Below the pieces are notes generated by a model, which had not been told where the DNA came from, made no database searches, and was given only the letters and a program-made list of their open reading frames with translations. The position numbers and the translations under genes are program-made. Of a stretch of 64,000 bases of DNA, positions 44,651-63,504 are shown piece by piece; within the stretch, counting starts at the first letter, position 1; every line of letters starts with the position of its first letter. The DNA is from Paraspadella gotoi (Eukaryota > Animalia > Chaetognatha), in assembly GCA_051294375.1 (NCBI GenBank), contig CM119271.1:2060677-2124676 (forward strand), written 5' to 3'.

Positions 44651-47340
44651 TTAAGTCTCCCCTCTTTCAACGACGTCGTCCATCAACAACAGCCTGTCGA
44701 CTTCCTTCATTTCCGCCCAACCATTTTCAGAAATCCTTAAACCCACCCCGGAATTCACGTCGGAACCGGTCGAGCCAACTCCCGATTCAATTTCCGAACC
44801 CCAGAGACACAACCCGGAATCAACGTCAGAACCTTTCGAGGCCTCCGTCCCGTCATCTAACTTCAAAAGCGGCAATTCCTTATCCAGACTCTGGACCGTT
44901 CTCTCCATCAAGTTTAACCCCAAACGCGTCTTGACTCCGTCGTCGTCTCGGCCTTTTTCCTCTTCGTTGTCGAAGAGGCCGCCTTTCTCCAGCAGGTTTA
45001 AATAAAAAGAATCCACTTGCTGCTTGGCGTACTCGACCACTTCGGACACCAGGGGGCAGTAGTTACTGGCATTACGTCGAAAGTAGACGCGTCCCATCTC
45101 GTCCTCGTGCGTTGGAGCGATGTTGGGGCACCTAGGACCTGGCCACCGGATTGGTTAAACAAGGAGAGAGCGATAAGTTTAACGGAAATAACAACAAACA
45201 AACCATTATTGCGTCGATTAATTTAGCAATTCACCCACCAAAAGGATTAACGTTTCTCGGATCGTCGGGATTCCACGCGAAAATCTCCACCTCGACGATA
45301 TATTGGCTAGGGAGGCGTCCAAACTCCAGCAGGGCTACGGCGTCTTTGTCGCACCAGCAATAATGGGGCGTCCTGAATAATGATGAGATTTGAAAAGTGG
45401 GTAGACGCTACTAATTTGCAATCATCTTTTCATTCTCCCCGTCAACGAGGACTTGCCTAAATTTGTGCCGCTTCTTGGCGCCAGTCTCGAGGTGAGACTC
45501 TTTTTCGAAAGATCCGAGCGAGGCGATCTCCGCCTCCAGATCGATCCCTTCCAAAACTGGATGGAGCACGAGGGGAGGGTTTAAGAAACGGGTTAAGTTA
45601 TTAGAGGGCGAATTGCTACATGATGCGAAAAAAAATAGAAAAAGAAAAGCAAGACCATAGTTTCCCACCCCATCACCTGGAACAAACGACAATTGATAGC
45701 GGTGAGGCAAAACTGGAGGATTGTAACGCGTGAACAAGTCTTGCAATTGTCCTCGAACGTGGTCTGACGGATGTAAGTCGTTTCGATAACAATTCAAAAA
45801 TGCTCAAAATTTCCTTTTTTTTTTAATTTCTCTCACCAATTTGATACTGAGTCAGAATAAAACCCTTTATGGCTCCCGTATCTAGCACTCCCAAATATAT
45901 TGTTCCTCCTCGCTAAAAGAAGAAAAAAGGGAATAGACTAATCAAGAAATAACAAAAAATCCTAATTTCTTGAAAGCAACTTTGCCAGGTCATGGACGTT
46001 AGACCTGACTGTTAAGAAAAGCGTTGAGGGCAGAGGACACTGGCTTACGACTTCCGCCACGCCCTTGTTTCCCGCGACTTCTCTCGGGCATCTCGTCGTC
46101 GGCAAACGAACGGTGACCTGAGAAACGTTTTCCATGGTTACGTTTTTTAGGTTGTAAACATTTTAAACATACTAAACAACCTTTGCAGTTTTAGCGTCAC
46201 GAATAAATAGAGCGAACATACGGCAACATTACCCGTTCATAACAAGGGGTCATCCCCCACCCTGCCTCCTACCGCCCCCTTCCACCCCCTATCCACTCTA
46301 GAACCTTTGAACTCGTGACACTGATCCTCGTCGATAGGTAAGATTTCGTCCTTGACGTAGTACTGTCGCCCGTGCTCGTCCTCGCGTTTCGCTTTGGACG
46401 ATAACGCCACTATGAGAGATTCTAGGGTTCTTCCGCCATCTATCGGATCGTACTTCTTGTGGGCGGTACCAACATGGCGGCGCCCGGGGCGAACCGGGGC
46501 GGCGTCGGCGGATTCGGGGTCTCGACGTAGCGTCGTCACGTCCTGCGCTCGTCGTATGTCCGTGTTGAGAGAGTACGTAACTTGGCCGGCGCAGAAAGGC
46601 ACAGGCGAGCCGTAAGTGGCGCTCAAGGGCGCCGGCGACGACGTCTCGTTCCGATGGATTCTACTCGGCGTCGGATTTTCATCCAATCCCAACCCACGAT
46701 TGGACGACGCCGAAGCGACGGACGGTGCCGGACTGAAACGACCGACGCTGTCTTCGTTCGTCGCTCGAACGCCTATGCCGCGACCCCTGCCGATCGAACG
46801 CGCCTCGCCGCCGAGAGGTTTGCCCATTTCCTTGGCGCGCTCCTGAGAGTTGGCGTAACGGAAGCCTTCGGTGCGGTAAAAGGCGTCGGTGGAGGCGACG
46901 GAGGCGTCGGAAAACTCAGAGTCGCTAAACTCGTGACGCTGAGAGGAAGACGACGTCCGCCACTCGATGCGGTTGGCGGCGACGCGATCGCGGAGGCGGC
47001 GACGGGAGTCGGGGCCTTCGTAAGGATCGGAGACGGAAAGAGAGACGACGGTCGAGACGTCGGGTGCGACTTGGAGGGACGGATCCTGGGGAACCAGGTT
47101 TGTTTTTGTTTAATTTCTAACTTTTATATAACTAAGTGATGGTATAAATCGTGGCACTAAATACTGTAGCTAACATCTCAGACGATTTCTTTACAAACGT
47201 TTAGTCTTTACTTCAACTAACTTTATCCCAATCCGAAGAGCGTGGATTAAATCCCGGCGGCGGACGATGAAAAGAAGCCGGGAATCCCGGCGGAGGCGTC
47301 TCGAAACGCGGAGGAAATCCGGCCGGAAAATTCATCGTTC
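44651..47340 (-). CDS. Schlafen-like AlbA_2-domain protein, multi-exon; start approximate
   Basis: YYVKDEILPIDEDQCHEFKG|HRSF, AFLNS, IYLGVLDTG, HVRGQLQDLFTRYNPPV...LSFVP, HYCWCD, IVEVEI, GRVYFRRNASN; long low-complexity N-terminus. Confidence 0.75.
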
Positions 47341-48823
47341 CTTTTCTCGTGCTTCGTATTCAAGAAAAAGTCAAACACGCTTCCAGATTTGGGTCATAGT
47401 TTTTTTCTTCAGGACCGATTCTATTAATTGAAGCCAAAACAGAATTCAAGAAAAAAAAAAAAGTTTCTCTCTAAATATTGCCAAGACAGAAGCTTACAGT
47501 TTCACGATGTGCAAAAAAAAAAAAAAGGTGTGGTTCTCTGAATTTTCTGTTTTTAATTTTACTACTCGGGATAGAATACAGAGCATAAAATAAGGCGTAA
47601 TATTCCTCTCCAATAAGCGGTGACCGAAAAAAAAAAACTTTGCGGGGAAAAAATGAAAATACCGCGACAAAAATTTTTTTTAAAAAAAGTTACCGATTAT
47701 AATAAATGCGATGACTTCATGGTATGTAAGATACATAACATTTATATACTTTGAAAGTTAATATAGTTACACTGTCACAAAAAAAAACAAAAAAAAACTA
47801 AAATGATCATGCTGACACATTCAAGGAGGGGGGAGGAAAATTTATAACCGAACCAAAAAAAAAAATTATCCAGCGATAAATGGACGAGAGAGAGTATTGA
47901 TTAAGATGAAACAGAAACCTCCACAAACTATATATATATATATCCAGAGGGTCTTTGTTTAATTACAAAAATTAAAATTTTCATGCGTATGAGGGATTAA
48001 CACATATTTTTTTTAAACTATTGAATTTGTCGTTTCACATAAAAATGACGAAAAGAGGCTAAAAAAAGAACCGAGTAAACGCAGGAATTGAGAAAAAAAT
48101 AACCGAGAGTGAGGACGGGGAAAGAAATGTTTCTTTTTCGCCCCCAATCCCTCACAATCGACGTCAATTCTAAACCTAGCGAATACAAGGAATTATTAGT
48201 ATAAAAATACGTTCTATACTAGTACATAAAATTCAAAACGGAATGAACTTGACACTGAAAGAGTATTTATCGTAACGTAAAACAAACCAAAAATAATTTT
48301 TTCTTTAATTTTTTTTTTTTCAGAATAAAAGTGGAATGCTTGGAACTAACGCACGCACACGATCGCGATTTTTCGCATTTAAACATGAAAACTCGGTCCT
48401 TTTTTTTTCTTTTTTAAACTGAATGAATTTGATTATCTCTCAGTGTAATACATTTTTTTAACTTTACGAGTTCGCTTGCGTCAAAACCTCGAATCGCGAA
48501 CGTGGAATAAAATTTATACGTCGTCTTTTCGATTTAAAAGAGAGAGAGTGAGAGAAGATAAAAATAAGTTGTCAAGAAGCAAAATTCGTTAAGGTTTTTG
48601 TTTTTCTTTTTCTGTGAAATTCACGACGTCTCCTATTGAGAATGGTGAAGACCAGGAGTTGTCGGAATTCCGTCCCCTCCCCCCTCTGCCTTAGGCCTCC
48701 TCCCCGAATATCGAACAGTATTTATTTTGTCCCCCCGACTCACCCCCCCCTCTCCCCCGTCTCGGTTCCACTCTCTCGTTTTTTCCAACTCTCTCTTTCT
48801 GTGTCGCGAAGGAAGTCGTCTTC

Positions 48824-50382
48824 TTATTGGCCCTCCTGATCCTCTTGGCCGTCTTCGGCGCCGCCGGCCGCGTCCGACGTCCACAGCGTCAGGTTGTCCC
48901 GGAGCAGTTGCATGATCAACGTGCTGTCCTTGTAGGAATCCTCGTTCAGGGTGTCCAACTCGGCGATCGCATCGTCGAAGGCCTGGAAGCGGAGGGGAGT
49001 TGAGAGGTAACGATTAGCAAAGCATGAAAATAAAATAAAGAAAAGGAGAAAAAGGAATATACAAGTCAAGAGATATTAAGTAGATTAACGACGAACGAAA
49101 ACCAAAAAAGACACGAAAAAAATAACGTTTTATAATATTCAAATCAGATCGTGAAGAACTCATTTGAAATAAACCACAAAATACAAACGCTATTTAAGTT
49201 CTTCAATCTTATCTTGAAATAATTTGAAAAAACTTTTGGACTGCTTGACATTAGTACTTACATCCTTAGCCAGTTTGCATGCTTGATCGGGTGCGTTTAT
49301 AATTTCGTAATAGAAGACGGAAAAATTGAGAGCCAGACCGAGCCTGAAAGGTTTTTATTTGGGGGGGGAGGGGGAGAGGAGGCGAAAGTTTATGTCCAAC
49401 AGGGGAAATACGGTTGCAACCTGAAACTTGATAGATTCTCCAATGACCACAACTCGTCTCTCACCTGATTGGGTGAGTTGTGGTCATGTTTTCCTTGGCC
49501 GACGTCATTGCCACTTCGTAGGCGCAGCGGGATTTCTCGGTGACGTCGGTCCGGTCGCTCCCGGGTCCCGCCACTTCGGCCAGGTAACGGAAGTAGTCGC
49601 CCTTCATCTTCTGGTAGAAGACTTTGCTCTCGCTGTTGCTCGCCTAACAAAGGAAAATAAAGATACCAATTTTATATAAGTTAATTCACAAACAATAATA
49701 ATAATTGTAATAATTAAATTTAATATTAATTTAACACTATTCTTAATAAAAATATAATATAATAATTTTAATAATCAATACAACACGATTCATTCACGAA
49801 GTTAAAGGCAAGTAGTTTTGATATTTGATATTTAACACCACTATCTACAATCTACTAAAAAAACGTTTTTCCCCTCTAAAAAGCAAAGAGAACCCTAGCG
49901 GTCAAACCTCCCAAACCACCCCACACCCCGTTCCCACGGTACGGACATCTTTAATGAGGTGATCGTCGAGAAGGGACAAGACGTCTTGGCAAATCTTCTT
50001 GAGTTCCTCCTCGATCTTTTCCCTGTATTCCTTGGCCATGGCCTGTTTCTTCTCGCTCCCTTCAGTCTTCTGCTCGATGGAGTGAATGACGCGCCAGGAG
50101 GAGCGACGGGCGCCGACCACGTTCTTGTAGGCGACGGAGAGGAGGTTGCGCTCCTCGTTGGACAACTCTCCGCCCTGTTTCGTCACCTCCTTCATGGCGG
50201 CCGCCATGTCGTCGTACCTGTGGGGAAAGAGTGAAACGTTTTAGTTTAAGATTCAATAATTCTAAGGAAAAAACATATAACGATGAATCCAAAAGTCATT
50301 CGTTTCCCCACACACCCACTCACCTTTCGGCTTGTTCGGCCAATTTCGCCCGCGCGACATTGTCTTCCTTCGAGGTCGACAT
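48824..50382 (-). CDS. 14-3-3 protein (zeta-like)
   Basis: AKLAEQAER|[97 protein letters not shown]. Confidence 0.97.
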
Positions 50383-51249
50383 TTTTTTCGGGAAAATTTA
50401 AAAAGAGGAAAGAAGAGAAAAAAAATGTCCTATGGAGCCGAAAATAAAGGCAAATCGCCGAAAATCTGTCCAAAAAACCTGAAAAAGAAAATAGGAAAAA
50501 TAAAAAAAATAAAAAAAAACGGATCGTCGTTTATCAATAAAAGAATGGACAAAATTTTTCACATCCAATAACGGGAGTACAAACTCGTTTATTACGAATT
50601 GTTTAAAATTTAAATTATCATAACAAACAAACAAGCTTCGCGGGAGTGAAACTAACGAGCCGAGGGAAACTCGCGGTCTATTTTTCAAATGAGTCAAAAT
50701 AACATATGCTAAATCGTCTTATCTGTGAATTAGCCGAGCGTTCTGACACCAGAGTATAAATTACGTACAAAAATTTATAAATAATCAAAAACTATTTTTG
50801 ACGGGCGAGCACAGACTTAGTTAGTTTCATTTAACATAAAACGTACCCGTTAGCTTTAATATAAAAACTGTATAGACCTCAAGAATCAAGTGAAGGCAGA
50901 TATGGTACATGTTGCAGTATGACTAGGAATAAAAACAAAGCGTTTAAATTATCATTCCACGAAATGACAGCGCGGCGGAAAAAAAAAGGCACTTCGGTAA
51001 TTGTTTGTTTTTCATGGTGAGAGAGAGTAGTAAAGAAACTTGATAAATTACTACAAAAAAAGTCGTCAAGCCAAAAGTGAAAACACTACTGATTCTAATT
51101 GTGCTTATTTTTTTCAAAATATCGTTAGATTTCGGCACGTTTGCGATATCCCCTTGGCCGCCCAGAAAGATCGAGGATCAGGCAACAAAGTCAAAACATC
51201 TAACATCCGGGGGTCCGCTGGTCCCTCCCTCGATAGCGGGGTGGAGAAA

Positions 51250-54213
51250 CTAAGCGGGTCCCACTTTGTTGATGAGTTCGTCGCAAATTGCCGTCAACTC
51301 CTCGTTCTCCCTCGTCTTGGACTGAAGGCTGCGCTCGAGCATGCCGCACTTGAGCTCCACCTTTCGAAGGGCGGCCTAAATAAAAGGATTAAAGACTAAA
51401 GTCTAAATAAATAGATATTCTATAGATGTTGTAAATGGATAGATAATCTTTCATAACATTTTTCTTCCTTGAAAAGCCGAACTCCTTCCCACTCTTCCGA
51501 ACCTGCAACTTTGCAATCTCAGCAGCGGAGCGTTTCTTCTCGGCGTCGATCTCTTGATTAGCGGCTTCCAACTTGTCCTCGGCGTGATTCTTTAACACTT
51601 GATAACGCTCCTGCTCCTTGAGGAGACGCTGTCGCCAATCTTCGGCGCACGCCTGGAAAAGAGATGGATCGCCGACATCAAACACATCACAAAGCAGAAA
51701 CTTCGCTCAATGACAGGATACGAACTTACCTTCAAAGCCTCTTCGTTGTGCTGATAGCCCTCGATCAACGTCTTCATTTTGTCATAGCGACGGTGAAGGT
51801 CGGAGAAAGACCTCTCCACCGAATTCAACTCCTCCAGAGTCGCGTCGCGTTCTTTGATGGCGAAAGCCAAAGAGTTGCTGGAAATTAAAGAAACAATTTG
51901 CTTCATAAATTTACAAGTCATGACGACCCAGACTTCCGCAGTAACTCACCTGTAGCCATCGGCCGTGCTTTCCCTGTCGGCGATGAGTTGCTGGATCGTC
52001 TTCTCGTATTCTTCGAGGCACTGGGCCATCTCTTCCTGTTGAGGGGCAAGGGCGTCGTACTCCGTCTGCTGCGATTCCAACCGCTGCAGCAACTCGTCCT
52101 CGCGCTGCTTGAAAAGACGCTTCTCCTCTTCGAAGGCCTTTTCTCGCTCGAGGAGTTTGGCCTCGTGAAGGAGACGCATTTCTTGAAGGCGCATCTTGTT
52201 GGCGTCGGCGGAGGACGATTTCGTAGATGCGACCGGACCATCCTTTGCGCGACGATCCACGACGGCCGGGCTTCCGGTCAGCAGATCGACGCCTTGCCCG
52301 GCAACCGTATGCTCTTCCTTCGTAGGCGACTCCCTGGCTGAACCGGAATAACGAAGCTCCAAATCATCGAGCAGGGACTCTTTGTCTCCAACGAAGTGAT
52401 CGAGAGCGGGTTTGAAGTCCTCGTCGGAGAGTTCTTCGGAAATCTGAGGTTTCCCAGTAACGATGAGATCTGGGGCGACTGTCGAGGAGCGTCCATTACG
52501 ACTTAAGGGTGGAGATGGGGCCGAAGAGGTCGGGGGGCTATTGTCTTCGAGGTTCTGCGGAGAGTCGGGCAGAGAAGAAGGATCATCATCGGCGCTGACT
52601 GTCTCCTCTCCTTTAGACTTCAGTGCGGCCTTTTTCACCGCCATCATTTCCCGTATTTTCGTGGAAGGTTTTTTAGGCCCGCGCTTCGTTTCTTTTATAG
52701 ACTTCGGTTTCTCGGCTACCGAATCCTCGTCGGTCTCTTTCCCGACGGCTTTGAATGGAGTTTCCGTTTTGTCCGGCGTTTCCGGAGGATGAGACTCAAT
52801 AAGTTTGGGCTCTACCTGTTTCTTTACTTCAAGATTTTTCGCTTTTAACTCGCCAACCTCGTCCGAGGGTTGATGAGCTTTCGACGCTGGTTTAGTTTCG
52901 TGTTCAGTTTCAGCAACAGATTTCTCCGAAGCGTCGTCATCAATCATCAAGGATTTTTTCGGTTTGAAAGGATCTTCGATGGAATCGTAATCAATCTCCA
53001 CGACCTTCGCTTCTTTTTCTCGTTTCGCGGAGACCGCGTTGGCGGAACCACTTCCGCCGTCGTCCATCAAACATTTTTTCGACTTGAACGGATCCTCTAT
53101 CGAATCGTAGTTAATTTCGGGAGGAGAGTTTGTAGCACCGTCGTCCATCATCAGGGATTTTTTGGCTTTGAAAGGATCCTCGATGGAATCAAAGTCCATC
53201 TCGGGCGGAGGCGGCGACGCCGGGGTCTTGGGTTTCTTTTTCTTCTTCCGAACGAAAGTCGCCGACGCGGGTTTGTTCCGTTCAAACTCGGGCGCAGCGA
53301 TTGGAGGGGAACTTGTTTCGCTATCTACTTTTTTCGCGTCCGCGTCGGTGATTTCGCGAGTGTCGTTCGTATTTTGGGTCGGCGAATCAAGGGTCACGGC
53401 TTCCGGTTTTGAGTCTTTCTCTTCAGTCTTAGAAAATCCGTTGCTGACCTTATGTACGTCCTCTGTACCGTCGATCGGCGCATCTGCCGCCGAGGCGTCT
53501 CGCGGCGATGAAGGACCCTTCGTGTCGACTTCGATCGCATCGATCGCCGGCGTAGCGTCGTCGTCCATCTTCAGCGCCCTCTTCGGTTTAAAAGGATCTT
53601 CGATGGCGTCAAAATCTATTTTCGACGCCGGCGGCGGTGCGGCGCCATCGTCGTCCATCCTCAGCGCTTTTTTGGGTTTAAACGGATCGTCGATGGCGTC
53701 GAAATCTATTTCCGGAGGCGGTGGTCGCGTCTCGGCGTCGACATCGCGGGCTGGAGGCTTCTTCTTCTTCTTCTTGGTAAAAGTGGAAGTTTTGAGCGGC
53801 TTCGAGGCGGAAGTCGCGGCAGAGGAAGAGGGAGAAGCGTCCCTGATTCGTGAAGGAGATTCGGACTCTCTCGGCGCTGACGGCATCGACGCGGCCGGGG
53901 CGTAGTTCCGATTAACGTCGGCGTCGTTATCAAGAACTTCCGGCCCGGCCGCAGCGTTAATGGCGGCGTGTTTTTCGGCGACGACGTCGCGCGAACGAGT
54001 TCCCGCCTTGGATTTTTTCGTCGCCGACGACGTTGGGTTCTTCGGCGCTTGTGGTTGTTCGCGCGAGACGACGAATGTGGTTGGTTTCGACGGCGGCGAA
54101 TTGGACATGAGCGACTTCCGCGGTTGGAAGGGATCCATGCTCTCGTCAAAATCGTCCCAGTTGAAGGTGTAGCTTCCCCGAGGGAGAGGAGCTTCCTGCG
54201 GATCGTCCGCCAT
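51250..54213 (-). CDS. TACC: Transforming acidic coiled-coil (TACC) protein
   Basis: PRGSYTFNWDDFD, about six FDxIxDPFKPKK repeats; TACC domain LEEYEKTIQQLI, LNSVERSFSDLHRRYDKMK, EQERYQVLKNHAEDKL, ENEELTAICDELI. Confidence 0.92.
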
Positions 54214-54372
54214 GACGCGGCTAAAGATTTTGCGGGGAGGAAAAAGGCAATCAACGACATGGTAAATAACTAAAAAGTCGAGCATCAACGACGATTAACA
54301 AGAACGAAATATAAATTAACAATTTTTTTTTCTTTCTAGATCGAGTTCAGTAATAAAAAGTTGATGTCATCT

Positions 54373-59446
<5,074 letters not shown>

Positions 59447-60061
59447 TTCTTATTTTATTATGAAAAAAAAAGGAGCACAATCGGAAGGTAGGGTGTGTAA
59501 AGAGAGCGTTAACGATTTAATAATATACTTGAAAATATCGAAAATAATTCTAGGCTTCAAAACAAATAAATAAGCTATGAATCTACCATCGATCATCAGA
59601 AGGAAATATAAGCACAATGAATCAGAAGCAACAAAAGAAACCTTTGTTCGATTAAGTTGTAAAAAATAGATCGAAAAACACAGGAGCCTTTCTGGCAAAA
59701 TCGACTAGTACAGTAGAAAAGAACTTTAAATTACTTTTTTTCTTTCTTTGCAACACAAATCCTGCAAGTGAAAAGAAAATCGGGACATTCGAAAGTTCTT
59801 TAATTAGATCACAAAATGACGAAGAGAGAAACAAAGACGTGGAAATACGTAAATTTTTCCCCAAATACTTTTTGCTATCGTTTTCAATTTAACGATTTTT
59901 ATACTTATTGTTACAAAAAATATTTTAAAACGCTTTAAATATTAGCTCAGAGGCTTAAATCCTTTTCATTTTTACCTAGTCAATTAGACATTAAACGACT
60001 ACTATTTTAGTTAACCACTAATAAAAATCACTTCCTCTCCTCTTAAGCAACTTACAAAGAA

Positions 60062-62978
60062 CTACTCTTCGACGAATAGCGGCAAATCGCCGACATCGCG
60101 AGAGACGGAAAAGTTTTCCAACTCATTTCGACTCTCCTTCCACATTCGATCAGCGTGAGCCAAATCCGCGAGTTCCGCGCGGCGAAAGAAGCTGCGTCGC
60201 AGATCGGCCGCCACTGCGTCGCCGCGCCAGGCGCCGTCGCGGCGCGGACGCCCGAGGCTCCGCCAAGCGTTTCGCTTGGCCTCTTCGAAGGCATCAGTTT
60301 TTAAGGCAAGAGCGGCGTTTGTGGGAGCGGAGGCGCGAGTCGCGGCGGCGCGAGTCGAGGAGGCGCGGCTTTTGATGAGAGACTCGGGAGAGTAAAATTC
60401 TTGTCGCCAAAAGTACAATTGCAACATGTTGGCGGCGACGGAAGGCGAAACACGTGAGGAGGGGTTCCTAAAAATAATGTAAGAAATTAACATAGTATGC
60501 TGGACTAAAATCCACCAACCGTTCATCAGCGGCCATTGGTGCCGGAGGCAAGTCATTCGCCTCCCAACCCAAAGGTCCGGGGTTCTAGCCCGGTGGTCGC
60601 CTAGCAGTTTAGAGGGACGGGGCGCTTAACCCGCCTGTAACTCGGTGTTACAGCCTGATCCGAAGCTCAGGGACTGCTTAGTGCTTATATTGAACGGTTC
60701 TATCACTAACTCATAATAATAATTACCGTCTCTTCAATAGAATTATAAACTCCTGTAAGCCTGTAATCGGTACAAACCTCATCAACAAATGAACGAGAAT
60801 GTCCATCTCCAATGGCGCGCCTCCTTGGAGCACCGGAAGATCGAGAAGGCTGCTGCCATGTTGGTCCTCCAACTCGTCCTCGACGTCATTGTCAAAAAGT
60901 TGCAGAGCCAAACGACCCAAGTCCCAAGAGTCTTTGTCGACGGCGACTTTGGTCGAAGGCGAAATCTGAAGAGATACCAAAACAAAGTGACATTATTGAG
61001 ATCTTATCTCGTCGAAGCTAATGATTTCGACCACCTCTTTAAAGTTAGATAACAGCAGTCGATGATGACGCCCCTCTCCTCCGTTGAGATCGACGAAAAA
61101 ACTGGACGGAGAGATGGCGCCGTGAGCGATTCCGTTCGCGTGAAGATTCGCCACAGCCTCAAGACTTTGAAGAAACATCGAGACCCTTAAATCGGCCCCG
61201 GCGTCGCCCGTCTGCAGCAGAAACTCTTCCAACGTCAGATCAAACTTGGGCGTGACCACGAATTCTCGCGGGACGATCCTCCCGGCGCCGGAGGGCTCGG
61301 TCGTCGCTCCTTCCCTAAGGCTAACGATCCGACCTTCGCAGACGAAAGGGTGACCGGCGAGAGCGCCCGAAGAAAAACGTTTCGGCTCCTCGATCAATTC
61401 CTCCACGAGCGCCAACTCGAAAATTTTTTTCCGTCTCCCGACGGCGTCGCCGGCCAATCGATCCAAAGGCAAGGCGCAGAACTGAGTCTTGGGCGGTCGG
61501 CGTCGAGTCGAGGTCTTTCCTTCGCGAAGATTTATCATCGCTCGACGAACCCATCGCGAGACGCGGAGGGAAAAAGAGGATTGGTGAGAAGAGAAACGCG
61601 AAGACAAATCTATTTCCATGTCGTCCGTCTTTTCGCTGCGCCACTCGAGGGCGCTCAGAGATTTTGCGCTACGTCTATCGTTTTCGCTTTCTCCGCACAG
61701 TTCGTCGTCGCCGCGAGATTCGTCTTCTCCTTTCGACATCCGCTCGAAAGACGCCGAACCTTCGACTAACGGAAAACCCCCTGCAACGGACACGCCCACC
61801 GGGGAAGGCGAAAAGGGGATCTTGAGGTCGAAGGGGTTTATATCCGGGTGGACGGAGGGGAAAATGTTTTCTTCGTAGAGGTCGGACAAGGAGCCAAAGC
61901 TGATAAGTTAATTGTAACAACATTAAAATTAGTTTGTTCTACTAGTATTACATTAGGCAAAGTATTAAAATATGCTTAAAATTCAGACGACTGATTCATT
62001 TTCCAACGTAGTACGAGTTCATATTACATCTTGAAGGGTATATTACCTTTCGCGAATAATGTCAAAGCTTGAGGCGGCGGAGGCGGCGTCGTCAGCCGAA
62101 ACCCGCGGAGGAGCTCTCGCCTCCTCATCTTTTTCTTCTTCGGACTCCTCAACTACACCGATTTCAACGGCTTCGCCGACCGAACTCCTCGTCCACGCCA
62201 ATTTGGCGCCTTGGGCGAGGACATTCAAGCGTGATTCAGCGACGTCCGCGGCGTCTCCTCCAACGACAAAGTCCTTGAGCGTCTCAAAGTCGACGAAGTG
62301 ACGACGTTTTAAGTGCGGGAAGCTAGGATGGGCGAGAGGCTCATCGGGGGCGGTGAGTCGAGTGAATTGAGCGGCGGCGACGCGGCGGCAGAAGGGATTG
62401 CGGATCCAACGGGAGAGGAGTCTGGATCAAAATCAAACATTTACCCAGCTGGTTTTACATAGATCAAGTCAGTAACATGTTTTACAGCATTTGAATTAAA
62501 TATAATTTAATTCAACAATTTCATTTACATAAAGTAGTGTAGAGTAGTGTAGAGTTGACAAAAATTCAGGACCTGTGTCACTTCTTGGTATTAAATTGTA
62601 AATTCACTGTTATCATTAGTATAATAATTGATAATAATTGGTTGGTTTGGGACACTTAGCAATATTGTTTAATACTAATTCGGTATTATTATAGGAACCA
62701 TTCCTAGAACAATCCACACCTTACCACTTTTTTTGAAAACTACATCCAAAACCAAATCACATCCTCATTCCTCACCTGACGATGAATGCCTCTCGCGGTC
62801 GCGAGTAATCGACGACACGCTCGGCCAAACTCTTCATCGTCTCCAGCTTCCTCTCCACCGCCTTCCTCCTCTCCGCCTCCTCCTCCGCTCTCTTCCTCTT
62901 CTTCCTCGGGTGATCATTGACGCAGCGGAGGGAGGCGTCAACGACGCGGCGTTGCGCGCCCGCCGAGTGGAACGCCAT
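60062..62978 (-). CDS. PEAK/PINK1-related pseudokinase, multi-exon; linkage of the 5' exons is tentative
   Basis: LQSLEAVANLHANGIAHGAISPSSFFV (HRD replaced by HGA), RLLLSNFK (DFG replaced by NFK), DSWDLGRLALQL, LL...NPSSRVSPSVAANMLQLYFW followed by a C-terminal helical extension. Confidence 0.65.
60496..60715 (+). mobile_element. tRNA-headed, twister-containing element (divergent solo LTR or SINE-like) in a pseudokinase intron, antisense to the host
   Basis: TATG...CATA ends, flanks atag/ataa; tRNA-like acceptor stem GCGGCCAT/GTGGTCGC (60529-60600), A-box-like TGGTGCCGGAGG, B-box-like GGTTCTAGCCC; enclosing stem aaccgttca/tgaacggtt. Confidence 0.7.
60603..60678 (+). ncRNA. Twister ribozyme (P5-type), P2 imperfect
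   Basis: AGCAGUU ua GAGG GA CGG GGCGCU UAA CCC GCC UGUAAC-ucggu-GUUACA g CCUGA UCCGAAGC UCAGG GACUGCU; T1 CCG/CGG; predicted cleavage U60627|A60628. Confidence 0.75.
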
Positions 62979-63504
62979 CTTCCGGCGTCGAGGATGGTTG
63001 TTGGAGGAAAGGCGGGGGGGGGGTTGTTTATTAGTTTGTTTACATGATAAAGCCTGAAAAAACAAAGAATAAACGAATTTCATGAGATTCCGAAGGATAA
63101 AATCACAGTAATATTTTTTTTTATCACAGGTGTGAATAAATATCACATGTTTTAAGAGGTAGAATATGTTTTAAATCGCTAAAGATTAGTTTTCGAAATA
63201 AAATAAAATGGGAACGGGCCCATTTTAACGTTTCAATACAATTTAATACAAAAAGTATTTTGGCCACGAAAAAAAATTCAGCGGATGAAAACAGGAAAAT
63301 TCCGAATGAAAAAGAAAGGAAAATTCCATATCTAACAGTAAAAGAAAATAAAATACCCGACGCTCTAAAATCGCTAAAGGGCGACTTCCTTAAATCGTGT
63401 AACCAACTAAATGTATCTAAACAAACATAAAAAACACGACTGGCTGTAACTAAAGTACTTAAAAATAAAAAAAACGAACGCAGTTATCTTCTTTTCTCCC
63501 AACT

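Noticed and set aside
52463-54273. Long antisense ORFs over TACC (also over TBC, FUT and RLR exons)
   Set aside because: Shadow ORFs of GC-rich coding exons with no recognisable domains.
60529-60600. Functional tRNA gene (likewise 35147-35215 on the - strand)
   Set aside because: Only box A/B-like motifs and an acceptor-like stem; arms are degenerate and the sequence is part of a mobile element.
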